Positions 24,405-38,164 of a DNA stretch of 64,000 nt are shown piece after piece. Every line of letters begins with the position of its first letter. Positions within the stretch are counted from its first letter, which is position 1. The notes under the pieces were generated by a model. That model saw nothing but the letters and a program-made list of their open reading frames with translations, had not been told where the DNA came from and searched no databases. Both the position numbers and the translations under genes were made by a program. Origin of the DNA: Eledone cirrhosa. Taxonomy: Eukaryota. The stretch covers positions 8,122,001-8,186,000 of the forward strand of contig OZ024743.1 in the NCBI GenBank assembly GCA_964016885.1. Reading direction: 5' to 3'.

Positions 24405-24849
24405 CGTGTGTAGTGTGTATATTGATATCATACGCAGGTATATATACATGTAGATATGATACATCAAATAAAATCGTAATTGACAATATATAATACATAG
24501 AAATTGAACGAAGACTGCGTTACACTGTCTTATTTAATCAGTAACGTAATCCATGATACATAAACAAAGACGATATTATATATAAACTGCATTAGGAGAA
24601 AATTAGTATGTTTATTTAAGGGATGGCCAACCGGAAGTGTTGACATTTCAGAAATTTTAAATAAATCTCTAAATAAACAAATCTGTAAATAAACAAAACA
24701 TATTTAATCAACAGCCACGAAATTTACTAGATAAATTATGTAATATTCATTCATTATTTATTCAAAGTAATCCAACTTATTTTACTAATGGGATAAACAA
24801 TTATAAACCGTACGCAGTCCCGCGCTCCTTACTTTATTATAGTTTAAAT

Positions 24850-27080
24850 TGTTTCCGTTATCAGCACCAAGATTCAGTTATTTCTATTTCAAGATCTTTA
24901 TATCTAGATACTTTCTCTATTACCATCTGTTATAACTTATATTTAGTTTAGGATGCATTCATTTCTTCTGATTGTCCTTAATAACAATATTTTGCAAACT
25001 AGCCTTAATTTCCTTGTATATGTGTGTAGCATACCCTAGAGTATAGTCACTTCTCTGGTATATTCCTACACCACCTCTTTTCTGTTGGTGTCTCACAATG
25101 TTGGCATAACTTCCAGTGTATGTAAGCCCAACTCTGTCATACCTATAAATGTATTTCTTCTTGGCTTACGTTGTGTAGCTAGAGACAATGGAGTTAATTG
25201 ATTTTTCTCCATTTCAACATTTTCTGCATTTACTTGGACTGTATTCTGCTTCATTGCTTGCTGTTGTTGGTTTCTGGTAGAAAGGCTTTGATTCTGTAGT
25301 ACAATAGAAAAAATCCTTCAGTCTCAGTTTTGTGTTATGCGCTTCTCAGTCAGTATTGTGAACTTTTCTTGTCTACTTTTCTCCCATTTATCTTCGCCGG
25401 GCGTTGGTTATGTAAAGGATTTCTTGTCAACGATTAATCACGGCATTCTGTGGTCTTATTTTTAGCTCAGATTTTATTCACTTCGCAATTTCTGTTTTTG
25501 GCCATTTTCGTTTTAACTGTCTGTCATTTTAGCTCATTCTGTTTTTGTTAGCTTCCTTGATGACAGTTTTCCTGCATTGTAGCTATTTGTATTAGTTTCC
25601 CATTTGTCTTTAGTGACTATTTTTTTAGCTCTTCAGTGCATATTTTATAAAAGTTTTCTAGTTGCATAAAACCACTACCTCTCTGAATTCGTAGTAAATA
25701 TAATCTGTGTAAGTTAGGTTTTGCAAGGTGTATTCTAACATCTGATTAAAATAGTTCAATGATAAATTATTACTGGGAAAACTAGAGTGTTGATGCCTGT
25801 TAACTTATAGTTCCGTTTTAAGTATTAATTTAATGCATCAATGGTGTTCCTTCGTGACATTTTCTTTTATTTGTGTTTTTGTACATGTTTACTTTAATTC
25901 GTTTATTTAAATTCCTTTGTCTAGCATGATAATAGTGTTTTTAATTAATTTTCCTCTTTTTAATATTGTCTTGGCGTAATTTTCTAATTTAAATATCAAT
26001 TTCTCTATTAAATCCATGTAGTCTCTGCAGTCGTGTATCTAGTTGTTTACTGTTTGAAGCATACAAGTTTAGGTCGTCTGCATACAAGAGATGGGAGATT
26101 ACACTGGAGACCAGTGCTTTTTAACATGTCAATTGAAGCTTTCAGCACCAAACAGGAATGGAGTGGTGTCAGGGAATATTCTTTTAATGGAGATGAGCTC
26201 AATTTATATCATTCTTTCTTTTGTCTACATCTGCAGAATTATTTGCTATTTACACGTCTCCTTTTTTTTTTACTCATTTTACTCCTTTTTTTACTCATTA
26301 TGAGTGGAGAACTCTGTCAAAAGCCTCTTGGTAGTCAATCCATGCCTTGCTCAAAACTTTCTTTTTCTGGTGTTTATTTACTCTCTACGATATTATTGCA
26401 ATTACGGTAAGTTATCGCAAGGCAGTTTTGGGTCTAACGTTTTGGGGTTTGCTGTTTTTTAGACTTGGGGATTTAAATGGTTCCCTCTCAGTGAGCCTTT
26501 CAGTTGTGCCCGGTTTCATCAGTATCTCATTATACTTCTTTGCTCTCTTAAATAGTTTACAGAAGTTAGACATCTTATCGCGCTCTGGTGCTTTCTGGTT
26601 GTTTGCTTTGTGCAATATCTGGGCTACATATTTTGTAACTATGCCTCTCCTACTGTTGTGCAGATGTTGTGTTTGCTACTTTGAATAATCTTGTCTGAGG
26701 TGGTTACTTCGCCGTGCATATTCTTCTCCAACCTTCTTTTATCTCACTTGCTGTTGGTCTTGCATTGGTTTCTATTTTATTTTCTACCAAGTTCTTGATA
26801 AAATCATTTTGGAATGGAGTTGAACTGTTTGTTCTTTGTTTAATAAATCAATGCCAAACTTTATAGCAACGAATTTTTTGCGATTTAGCGAGGAGTTCTT
26901 TATCCAGGTCTTCATTAATTTCAGCTACTGCTACTTTTATTTTGTTTTTCTTATGCTCTATTTCTAAGATATTTGTCTCAATGTTTGACTGACTGTCCTG
27001 TTATTGATTTTATTAAGCATTGAAAGATTTTTGCTGTTATTTTGTATTATTTTCTGGATACAATTTATACAAGTGATGCG
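24850..27080 (-). pseudogene. Third decayed R4/Dong-type LINE
   Basis: Minus strand gives KELLAKSQKIRCY (LxAKxQRIRRY), KAPERDKMSNF (KAPGxDxIxNFW), PQNVRP (PKNYRPI), KRGGVG (KEGGRG) and KVSRYKDLEIEI (KLSKYKDLEIE), in the expected order. Confidence 0.65.
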
Positions 27081-27113
27081 ACTTATGTAACCACGTGCTA
27101 AAATGTTATAATC

Positions 27114-27321
27114 AAATTAAATGGGAGTAAAAGTCTATTTGATAGAATATATACAAATATATAGCTATGTTTTCAATGTCTAATATTGTGTAAACCTGTA
27201 AATGGATAAAACCTATGCACATCTGTGTTTACAATATAAACATAAAATATTAAACCACGAAATGCGTCCAATATGCAACAATGCTTCCGTATATCACATA
27301 GACACAAACACATACACACAC

Positions 27322-27352
<31 letters not shown>

Positions 27353-27610
27353 TGTATATATGTATATATCTGTGTGTGTGTGTGTGTGTATATATGTATG
27401 TGTGTGTGTATGTGTTTGTGTCTATGTGATATACGGAAGCATTGTTGCATATTGGACGCATTTCGTGGTTTAATATTTTATGTTTATATTGTAAACACAG
27501 ATGTGCATAGGTTTTATCCATTTACAGGTTTACACAATATTAGACATTGAAAAACATAGCTATATATTTGTATATATTCTATCAAATAGACTTTTACTCC
27601 CATTTAATTT
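27114..27610. repeat. ~500-bp near-perfect palindrome (~210-bp arms, microsatellite spacer)
   Basis: 27114-27323 is the reverse complement of ~27400-27610, with one indel seen. The mirrored ORFs 27202+/27294- and 27250-/27273+ confirm the symmetry. Confidence 0.95.
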
Positions 27611-27626
27611 TAACATATATATATAC

Positions 27627-27984
<358 letters not shown>

Positions 27985-27992
27985 CATACATG

Positions 27993-28214
<222 letters not shown>

Positions 28215-28276
28215 CATGTATATATATATATATATACAATGTATATATATATACATGTATATATATATATATATAT

Positions 28277-28337
<61 letters not shown>

Positions 28338-28359
28338 TATATATATACACACACACACA

Positions 28360-28560
28360 TGGGGAGAGATATGCTGCCAATAAAAACACATGCATCCGTT
28401 AGGTTTCACTTCGGTTTTAATATTAGTTACGTAACTAATACATACTTCGTTTAGTTTATTAACCGGATATTTGCATCATTGTCATATTTGATTGTCAAAT
28501 CTCTTTCGGCGCACACTCTGTGGCCTTATCAGTGACTATTTTTGCTCAATTATGTCAGTG
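28360..28560 (-). mobile_element. Family C-related single arm with hammerhead motif (28494-28536)
   Basis: Minus strand reads GTCA-CTGATAA-ggccacagagtgtgcgcc-GAAAgagaTT-TGAC. Downstream sequence is homologous to the family C arms. Confidence 0.65.
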
Positions 28561-28646
28561 CCTCCTCTTTTTTTTTTTTTATTTGACAGAAAGGCAAGAT
28601 GGAAACTGAACTTTACTTTATGGCCATGTTATAAGGCGACTCCATT

Positions 28647-28684
<38 letters not shown>

Positions 28685-29020
28685 GGATTAAACCAGTATT
28701 AAACTAGTAGGATCATTATTCAACAGAGTATTCGATACTTGGGATAGTGGAGAGTGACTATATTAGAAGTAGCACACATACACGTGTGTGTGTGTGTCTG
28801 TGTGCTACTTGGCATCGTACCGTACTGTATATGTATAGGAACAGCTACACATCTACAGATATATGGGAACACTCATTAAATATACACATCTATACAGACA
28901 CTACTCACACAAACCCACCCACTCATTCATATCTGTCAGGCAAGCCATATACACATACATTGATTAAGTACACACACAGACACACACACACACACTCCCT
29001 CGCACACTCCCACGCAAGTT

Positions 29021-29089
<69 letters not shown>

Positions 29090-30395
29090 ATTCGCGCACA
29101 AGCACATACGTACAGACCTAAACGTTACTTAACATTAAAATGCTACTTCTCGTCCTATTCAACCCATTTCCCGTTTTTTTATGGTTAAAACTAAACTGAA
29201 AAAACAAAAACAAAAACATAACATACAAAAATGACAGAAGCCAAATAACCCCCTACCCGCTGTTGAAACTCCAAATGCTTCCAGTAAGTTTTAGTTCACA
29301 GATGTCGAACTTCAAACAAAGAATGCCGAGTATATTTGGGTGCAATTGCAGCAGTATGTGAAGAGTCTGTCACGATATGTCGACTGGTCATTCATACGGA
29401 GTTGTGATCAAAAAATAAAAATAAAAAGTGGGAAAAGAAAGAAAAGAAGCAAAGGAAGAAAGACAGAAAGATAGAAAGAAGAGAAAGAAGTTAAAAAAAG
29501 AGAAAAGAGAAATGTTTCGCCCTTTGTTGTGTGTTTCATAGTGTTTTGCCCTAGTGTTCATGTTGAGAGCCTTATGGGATCGTGTGGCAAGAGGAAGCAG
29601 TGTGCCAAATGTAAAATAGTGGCAGAGAAGAGTCGACCTTAAAATCTCACTTCTTCCCGTGAGATCAGACAAAGGAAAATATTAAATGAGACGCAAAAGC
29701 TGTTTCTTTTCTCTCTGTGTCTTTGTCCGACTGTCTGTCTGTGCCTTTGCTAATAATATTTCTTCCTCACTTCTCTCCACCTCCTCTTTTCTTTATTCTT
29801 TCTATCTGTTTTTCTTCCCTCCTCCTCCATCTTATCCCTCCTGCAATGTCTAAGGAGTGTTTTACTAATTGAAAGTGCAAAGCAAACAGTGTAGTCGCTT
29901 CATAATTTTCATTCAGTCCTTTCACTAAGGTGAACTGTGTGGAAAATATCACACTCCCTTCTCTATCTTCATCACTCTCACGACCTCGAAGCAAGCTTCT
30001 CTTTACCTACACTGTTATTTTCATTTCCTTCTCTCTCTCTCACACACATTCTCTCTTCACTTTTCTTCATCTCGGCAAATATTTAACCTCTGTTTCTCTA
30101 ACATTTTTGTTTCTTTCTTTGCCCACCCATCCGTCATTCGCCCTCGCTCTCCCCCTCTCTCTCTATATCTCTCTTTGAAAATTCTAACTTTACCGCAAGC
30201 TTAAAACAGTCTCTCTTTTGATCGACTGTTCTCTTTATCATCGTATTGCCCCTCTCTCTTTCTCCTCTCTTGCCTTCTCTTTTTAGATTTGTCTATCCAT
30301 CCAGTTGTGTCAGTCTCTGTCTCTCTGACTATATTTCTCTACACAAATACACTCACACATTCGCGCGCTCGCACACACACTCATGCCTTGCTTAA

Positions 30396-30436
<41 letters not shown>

Positions 30437-31552
30437 CCCTCCTTCACTCTCTCTCTTTCATATATATATATAAACGAGAGAGAGAGCGAGAGACGAGAGA
30501 ATATATATATATATGGTTTCTCTTTCATATTCTATCTCATGTTTCTTCTTTTCTTTCTTTTTCTACCCCAACTATTTACTTATCTATGAAACCCACACTC
30601 ATAATTCTATCCGATTTCTTTCCTCATTCACTTCAGCTCCCTTCTAATCTTTCTTCCTTTCTATCCACCTTTCTTCTTTCTTCCTTTCCTCCTTTCTTTC
30701 TATTTGACCGTCTATCCGACTATTTATCTTCTACCCCACGCCCGCCCTTTTCTTTATCTTACACTTTCTAACATCAAAGGATAATTTTCCAGGCATAGAA
30801 CTTGATTTTCCAGTACTCTTCCATATTTAGAGCAAAACGTACTGGTTCTTTTTCAGTTGCCGAGTTTCTTTTATCTTTCTATAGCGACTGGATAACTTTG
30901 ATATTGCTGCTATTTAATCTACATCACCCCACTGATTTCTACTTTTTACTTTTACTTTACTTGCCTTTCAGAACTTTATTGCTATGCTTAATTAATATTA
31001 TTAAACTCATAGGGTAATTACATTAACAGTTATTATAAGATAATGCTGACTTGTCTATACGGATTAAGTTAAATTTAATCTTCTTCACAAGTAAAGAATA
31101 TTTCATTAAAGAGATATAAGAAACATAAACTCCTTATTCAAATCAATTTCAGTAGATATTCTAAAATGCCTTTACTAACAACTCATCATCTTTCAAATTA
31201 TTATTTAATTTTACGGAGAAAATCTCTTATTTTATCAAATGTTCTCTACAGTATAACTTTCTCTTTTCTTTCCCGCCCTTTTTCTCCATATCTATTTATT
31301 CATTTAGTTATATCTGTCTTGCCCTGCTTTTATATAATTATTTCACGAAGGTTCTACTTATCTGTGCAAAATATTCTATTATAATTGTATTCAAATGTTC
31401 CATCTTATTTCTAATATATTTATTTATAACATAGTCGCACGTTTCGGGAATTGAAACTATATAACACAAGGGACATGCAGTTTAAGCCATGTAAAAAGCC
31501 TAACTCACCAAAACCTTAACCAATATTCTACAAGGTTGACCGTTCTTATAAA

Positions 31553-31736
31553 TGTTTCTACTTTTGGCACAAGGCCAGCAATTATCTAGTACATTACTGG
31601 TTCTTTATTTTATCGACCCCGTAAGGATGAAAGGCAAAGTTAACCTCGGCGGGATTTGAACTCAGAATGGCAAGGGCCGTAACTCTATGCGTCAAAGCAT
31701 GGAGCCCGATCCTCTACCGATACTGCCAATCCACCG
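31553..31736 (-). mobile_element. SINE S1 (young copy)
   Basis: Close to the reverse complement of 14366-14553 and co-oriented with the similar copy at 46735-46893. Confidence 0.85.
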
Positions 31737-31749
31737 TTCTTATAATGAT

Positions 31750-31960
31750 ATAGGCACAAAGAAAGTAATTTTGTGAGAGACAGGGATAAGACGATTAGTT
31801 AGACCTCAGTGAATTACTGGTACTTTATTTTATTGACCCTGGAAGGGTGAACTGCAAAGTTGAGCTCGATGGTATTTGAAACCAGAACGTAGAGGGTTGT
31901 AAGGAAATACTGCAATGCATTTCATTCGACACACTAAAGATTCGGTCAATCTATCTCCCT
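31750..31960 (-). mobile_element. SINE S1 (older adjacent copy)
   Basis: AGGCACAAAG..ACTGGTACTTTATTTTATTGACCC..GGTATTTGAAACCAG. Confidence 0.7.
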
Positions 31961-32779
31961 AATTGAAAACAAAAAAAAAGATGGATAGAGTCACTTGTAG
32001 GAATAGGACTCACATTTGCGCCCTTCTTATAATATAGATGATTAACACACTTATAAATTATAATGGAATGCATGTTTAAAAGTTTCCTTCGTGAAAAAGA
32101 TGAACACTAGATATTTAAACATTGTCCAAACCATGAACTTGTAGAATATCATGAATATTCTTGGTAAATTTCAAGATATATATTTTTCTATTTCATTTTG
32201 ATTCATATCAAAACAAAATTAACGCTGATTTTTCTCCCTTCTTCCGCTAATGAGAAGTGGAAAACCCATCTTATTGTGAAAGAGAGAAGGTCAATTCTGT
32301 GATAGACAAATTTAATGAAAATCCGTTACATAATGTGGGATGGCCTTCCGAAATTCGGTCACAATTTTGTCCGCTGATTTTTGAGGTATCGAATCCATTA
32401 TTTCAGTTGCCTCCACTTTCGTTTGCTAGGAGGATGCATATCTTTATTGGCAGCAGTCTTGGTCAGGAGTTTCAGATCGGCTAATAATTTCTTCTGGTGG
32501 CGAAGTGATTGATGTCCAGTGATCGATGTCTAACACATGCAGTCTAGTTCCATCTTGAATGAAAGTTACAGACCTATCATTTTATCTCCTATCATCGTTA
32601 GCTGCATCCCCATCCACAACGTTCTCTGCAAGACATCAGAACCAGACATGGACCGAGAACTCAAGTTAGTTCTCGCCATTCGGGTTATCGTTGACCGCCC
32701 CGCCCCCCGCCCTGCGTGCAGGTTATCAACACAAATGAGAAAACATTAAGTGCAGGTCAATTTTCCTGTAAGTTGAGTC

Positions 32780-33390
32780 TTCCATGGCCAACACCGTCTC
32801 GCCTGCTTCCGTTCTATCTCACAGCTAAACAGTGGCGTGTGGTTCAGTTCGCCGTCTTCTTCACCAATACCCTTCTTGATGGCCTCCGTGTGTGTGATCC
32901 ACGCATATGCTGTTGTGGAGCTATGGTCGATGACTTCAAACTACATTCAATCTCTTGTCTTCACAATGCAGGTTGGTTCCCTTAACACGTCGCCTTGAAC
33001 GACATTATTGGAAGCCTTGAGGCAGATTTTTTTTTCTCGTCGAAACTGGAGCCAGCCGACCTCAACCGTGGTGATAATGAGCGCTGAGATAATATAACCC
33101 TATTTCCGTTCATGGGGCCTAAACCTCTAAACTGGCAATCGACCACAAAGCAGGGCACTGCTACCCATAGCGCGGAGAAGAGTAAGATAGCCAATTACCG
33201 GTAATTGACTGACCGATTCCTTTTAGTTCCTGTCACCGTTGAGACCTCTTTTGTCCCTGCTCTCCAAACGGAGTTTTCCTTAAAAAAAAGTGGGGTTCGG
33301 TGCATCCCGTCCTAGGAAGGAACAATGTGAGGTGTGATGGCTGATGCAGTGCGTGTCTCTGGCTGTTCTTTGCCATTTTGCCCGTCGGGT
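32780..33390 (+). pseudogene. CRE-clade non-LTR retrotransposon C-terminus (Zn finger plus restriction-like endonuclease)
   Basis: GLRVCDPRICCCGAMVD..HSISCLHNAGWFP*HVALNDII..LEPADLNRGDNER*DNITLFPF..AEKSKIANY..FLLVPVTVETS..WLMQCVSLAV follows the CRE pattern CxC..H..C..RH..LN..EP..DG.RPDG..AE..K..KY..F.P.AVET. Confidence 0.8.
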
Positions 33391-33559
33391 GCAGCTAAGA
33401 TATACTGCCTAGATTGGAGTGTAGTGTCTGCCGCTCACCACCCCCAATTCCTTTATTTTTTTCTCTTTATTTTTCTTTTATTTGTTACAAACATTACATA
33501 ACCCGAGAGGTTCTAGTTGTACCGCTTCTCCCGTCGTCGAAGACGCTACTTTTTTCCTA

Positions 33560-33690
33560 AAATAAATCTAAAAATCTACCATGCGTCCTGGAGGCCGAAG
33601 GTTGTTTAATATTTTTTTTCAAATTTTTGGTTGTTAAAATTAGGGTGCGTCCTCGAGGACAAAGTGTCTTTGGTGCCGGGAAATACGGTA
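33560..33690. mobile_element. pogo/Tc2-like MITE end
   Basis: Ends in GGGAAATACGG|TA with subterminal TGCGTCCT repeats. Confidence 0.45.
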
Positions 33691-33949
33691 CTTTCAGTAC
33701 CATTCTTTATTACTTATACACTCAGGTTCATACCCGTTTATATTGGAGCTACGAGATACATACAAACCCACTTAGACCAAGGTGACTCAATTTGGATTTC
33801 TAGAGATTTTCTGAAAAAGAATTATTAATACGATTAATGACATTTGACAGGACTAATAAAACTAACATTGTATAACATCATTAAGGATGAGTAACATTCA
33901 TTATAGCAAGAAGAACAATGCCTCGGGGGAACGTTAATGAACCCATTTC

Positions 33950-34950
33950 CACAGTTGTGTGTGCGGGAGCCAGCATTTCTGTTGTGTACATTCAACAACA
34001 ACAACGTGTAACCACCATTAAATTCATTTCATTCAATATACATCATCGGATGAGATGATGTGTACTATGTTCGGCGCAGAACTGATGGACACTTTTTTTC
34101 CTTACAACAGTCTATGGTAAATAACCAATCGCGAGGAACCTTTTTGCAAGTGTTTATGTCTCTTGTAAATCCCAGACAGCAATATCGCCAACAACAACAT
34201 GAACTGATAGAAGTTGAGGTACGAGCCATTAACATTGGTTGTTGGCAGTTCAATTTCCACAGCCAATATCTATGATCAGATCTAGAAACTAGAGCAATTG
34301 ATAATAGTTTTCCCGGTCAAAGGGTTATCGTAAATAGGTAAAACCTGTTCCTGTAATTTTCATATATCGTGAAGAATTACTTGTAAGTTGATGAGCACGT
34401 TTGTAATATGGCATCCATGTACACGTCATGATATTGCTGATGTCCCTCTCGATTCTCTTTCGTGGTAAATATAGAAGTATACCAGTAATTGTCCACAGAT
34501 AACAGAAACCTTTTACATGAGCATGTATTGGTTAATTTTCTCCTGATTTTTATACAGGCACATACTCGAAATATTAATGGTTCAAAGACACTTTCAATTA
34601 ATATGCGCAGTGTAAAGATGTTTGAGCGCTGCCACTTCTTCATTGGTGTATCTTCATGCTATTGCATCAAATACCTATTTAATTGGTTTTGTTGCATCTT
34701 CCCGCACTGTTTCAGTCAGTTGATGAAAGCCTTGTTCTTTACAAATGTTGTCATCGTTTTCGACATGTAAATACTAAGATTTACGGACTTATATGACCGG
34801 GCTCCTCCTTGGATATCAAAAGTGTTTGTTTTAACAATGGCCTCAAATGCTTTCCCTCAACAATGACATTAGTCATCTCCTTGTTAGTGTAGCATCTAAG
34901 CACACCGTAAACTATTATTTCTCCATATTTGCCATCAATTAAAGTCACCA
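33950..34950 (-). pseudogene. Mutator-like (MULE) transposase remnant
   Basis: RFLLSVDN..IFTTKENREGHQQYHDVYMDAILQTCSSTYK*FFTIYENYRNRF..PGK matches MULE IFATxENL..YMDGTF..CP..xQxFTIHG..LLPGK. Confidence 0.6.
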
Positions 34951-37225
34951 TCTTGCATAAACTTAGTGACAAGTCAAAATAATTTATTTTATGAGAGTTT
35001 AGCTTCATTTTCCACAGAAAATGAAAATAATTGTTTAGATAAAGAAACTTAAAGCGATTTTATGGAAAAAGAAAGATAAAGCGGTTTCCTGGAAGAAAAG
35101 TTTGAAATCCTTATTCATATAAATACAGTATTATATTTATTGAAAAATAGGGTCGATAAAATAAAGGGTCGATAAAATAAAGTACCAGTAATGCACTGGG
35201 TAATTGCTGGCCTTGTGCCTAAAGTAGAAACAATTATATTTATTGAAAAATATTCATATTTATCAATAACATTAAACCCATTAAATTCTAACTTACGGGC
35301 CTTCTGACAATTTTGGAAGCCCTTTTATCAATTGCAGTATTAAAAGAACTTGGATTTTTGGACAAAAATATATAAGTATGTTTAATGAAGAAGATACAGA
35401 AGTTAGTGGCAGCGATATTTCTGAAAATTTAAACTATTATTAAACCCCACGAAGCTGACCTTCACTTATCGCCGCATAGATTTTGTTGTAATTTAGTGTA
35501 TCAGAAATACTCTAAAAATTAATATTTATATTAAATCACAAGCTATTAGTCGATGTGGTTGCACCAACAATGAGCCGAAGAAAGTACCTTGCAGCATTTA
35601 ATAAGTTTCCTCGGCATTTAGAGTTCAAATCCTGTCGTTGTCTTCTTTGTTTCCATCCTTCCGGGTTAATAAAATAAGTACCAGTCAAGTGCTAGGGTCT
35701 ATATAATGAAATTATTTCTCCTTACCAACTAAAAGAAAAATATGTGGCCTTGTGATTGTTTTAGCATTCAATATAGGTTTGCAAAGTCTTCATATCACCA
35801 TATCACCGTAGATATATGTTTTGTTCTATAAATTCTAACTGCTGTTTAAGGAAGACCTGATAATATTTTAACAATTGTTGTTGTATTTAAACATTTAGTT
35901 AGCATGCGGCATCAGTTGTGTTTCTTTAATATGGAAGTCTCAACAAACAGCTTTGGTTTGCTCTGTTGTCATACGATATACTATGGTATCAATATACGTG
36001 CTAGTTGTATGGGCGCTTTTGAGGTGTGGATGTCGTACATTTATAAATGTTAAAGAATCAATCTTATGTGTTATTAGTACAAGACATACGTGTAAGTAAT
36101 TAAAGGTGATGAAATTGCTCAGGATTTTAATCAATAGCAATGAAGATTCATATATGGTTGATTTGGCAACATCATTCGAGAAAACCTCGAACCAAACGAA
36201 GTCGGATAAATACCAAAAATGCAAAAGCAAAATCCCCCAAAAGTTATAAATCTTCCAAATTCAATCAGCTGAATTGTCGAGAAATTAACAATTGTCATCC
36301 ACTTAAAAAACAATAGGTCCCTGGGTCTGAGCATATTTAATATATGGAGCATTTCTGAACAATTATACATTTGCTCGCCAACGAATATGAATTGTTATAT
36401 ACTTATTTAGTGATACGTTCACAACTAATTCGGTAAACTATGGGGAGGCTGACCAAATCAAGAAATACGTTTTTTTTATATATAGTTGTAGAGCAAATAT
36501 TTATTATTAGCACAGATCAAAAGTTTAAGCAAACAATCTCTGCTTGTAATACATTAAAAACAAAATAAAAACAAAACAAATATTACTTCAAGAAATACAG
36601 CCCAGCTGTACTGGGGAAAATGAAAAGAAGAAAAAGAAAGAAGGATCAAGCAAAAAAGAAAATGAGGGGGGGGGGGCAGTAACTACACCCAAGTCTGAAC
36701 GGTGGTACTGCCGCGCACCGCGGACAAACCGGCAAAAGAGTTACCGCGGAGAATGGCCAGAGACACCCGCTACAACAGCAACCACACCTCACACGAGGCT
36801 CCCTCTTCAAGCTGACAACCGTCGTTCCGCCTTTGCAGAGGAAATCAACAGGGGACCAAGGACGTCAGAGGTCTCGACAGTGTCCGCAGCGAAGAAGAAG
36901 CGGTCAGTCGAGCTTCGGTATTTGACTAAATTATCTGCCGTATTTGCTGGGGAAAAGTATATTTTAGACAGATTAATATTACATTTTCTCATCACGTATT
37001 TATTTCTAGTTTTTCTTTAACAGTCTATGCATTAAATAAGCTAATATCCACTTACCAATTTATTTTTCATGCGGATGATATCCCTAAATTATATAATTTG
37101 CTGCCTTGCAGACATGCCTCTGAACAAAAATAGTTCTATTTTGTTTAAACGATATAGTTTAGTTTGTATAGTTTACGGTGGAAAATCTTCCAGAAAAAAA
37201 AAATATATATACTTCTTTTCTCGAC

Positions 37226-37599
37226 TTTTAAGGGTCTTCGCCCTATTTTATAAGCTATTTTATAGCATCTCTGCCTTTGAGTATATCATTCTTTATATTA
37301 ATTGTATATTCTCAGCGCTTAAAGACCGAGAGATCGGCTACGTATCTTCTTTACATACGGTTGTCTGTTCGTCTGCTGATATCTGAAAGCTGTGATTCGT
37401 CTATCTATTTAAGACGGTAAAATGTCACGGCCCCTTAGCTTAATGGTTAAAAGCGCATAGCCTGTATCTGGAAGATATGGGGTTCAATTCCTCATAGTGA
37501 CCGATGGCAATTTCTTTTTCCGTTTTTTAAGGGTCTTCGCCCTATTTTATAAGCCATTTCATAACATCTCTCCGCCTGAGCATATCATTCTTTATATTA
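37226..37599 (+). mobile_element. ~299-bp unit with 75-bp direct repeats enclosing a tRNA-like sequence
   Basis: TTTTAAGGGTCTTCGCCCTATTTTATAAGC..TATCATTCTTTATATTA at 37226-37300 and 37525-37599. Confidence 0.7.
37429..37503 (+). pseudogene. tRNA-derived sequence (not a functional tRNA)
   Basis: A box TAGCTTAATGG, D stem GCTT/AAGC, B box GGTTCAATTCC. The acceptor stem GGCCCCT/AGTGACC has 2 mismatches and the anticodon arm is disrupted. Confidence 0.6.
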
Positions 37600-37701
37600 G
37601 AGTTGAAGATCGTTGTTAGAAAAAGAAACTCAGTGTGTATTACGCCCTTTTATCATTGGTGCTTTTCAGTTCTTCTCTGTATTTGTAGTGTAATATAATA
37701 T

Positions 37702-37905
37702 CAACAGCTTCAGCTCTCCCACATTTTCTAATTCTATCTACAACAGCTTCAGCTCTCCCACATTTTCTAATTCTATCTACAACAGCTTCAGCTCTCCCAC
37801 ATTTTCTAATTCTATCTACAACAGCTTCAGCTCTCCCACATTTTCTAATTCTATCTACAACAGCTTCAGCTCTCCCACATTTTCTAATACTATCTACAAC
37901 AGCTT
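37702..37905. repeat. 39-bp minisatellite, ~5.2 copies
   Basis: CAACAGCTTCAGCTCTCCCACATTTTCTAATTCTATCTA repeated head to tail, with no spacers. Confidence 0.95.
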
Positions 37906-38164
37906 TATCATTTCTATCTATTTTTAAAACTTTCCTTTCTTACAAAACCTCAAACTGACTTAGTTGCTTTAATGTGAAATATAAATAGTGTGCGCTCTTG
38001 TTGTGAATAGAATAAAGGTAATTTAAATTATCTTTGGAGACTGTATGTCTATTTGATATAGTTCCTCCCAAACTATTTTCTGCACGGTCATGGTTGTATT
38101 TCTCTTTTCTGAAAACAGAGGTTCAGCCATGACAATGTCTGTTTTTGATATTAAGAGTCGATAA

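Noticed and set aside
36500-36915. GC-rich block resembling a deleted Tx1-like 5'/3' UTR on the minus strand
   Set aside because: No diagnostic motif or TSD could be confirmed.
37429-37503. Functional tRNA gene
   Set aside because: The acceptor stem is mismatched and the anticodon arm does not pair.
37702-37905. 39-bp repeats as a CRISPR array
   Set aside because: The copies are contiguous with no unique spacers, the context is eukaryotic and there are no cas genes. It is a minisatellite.
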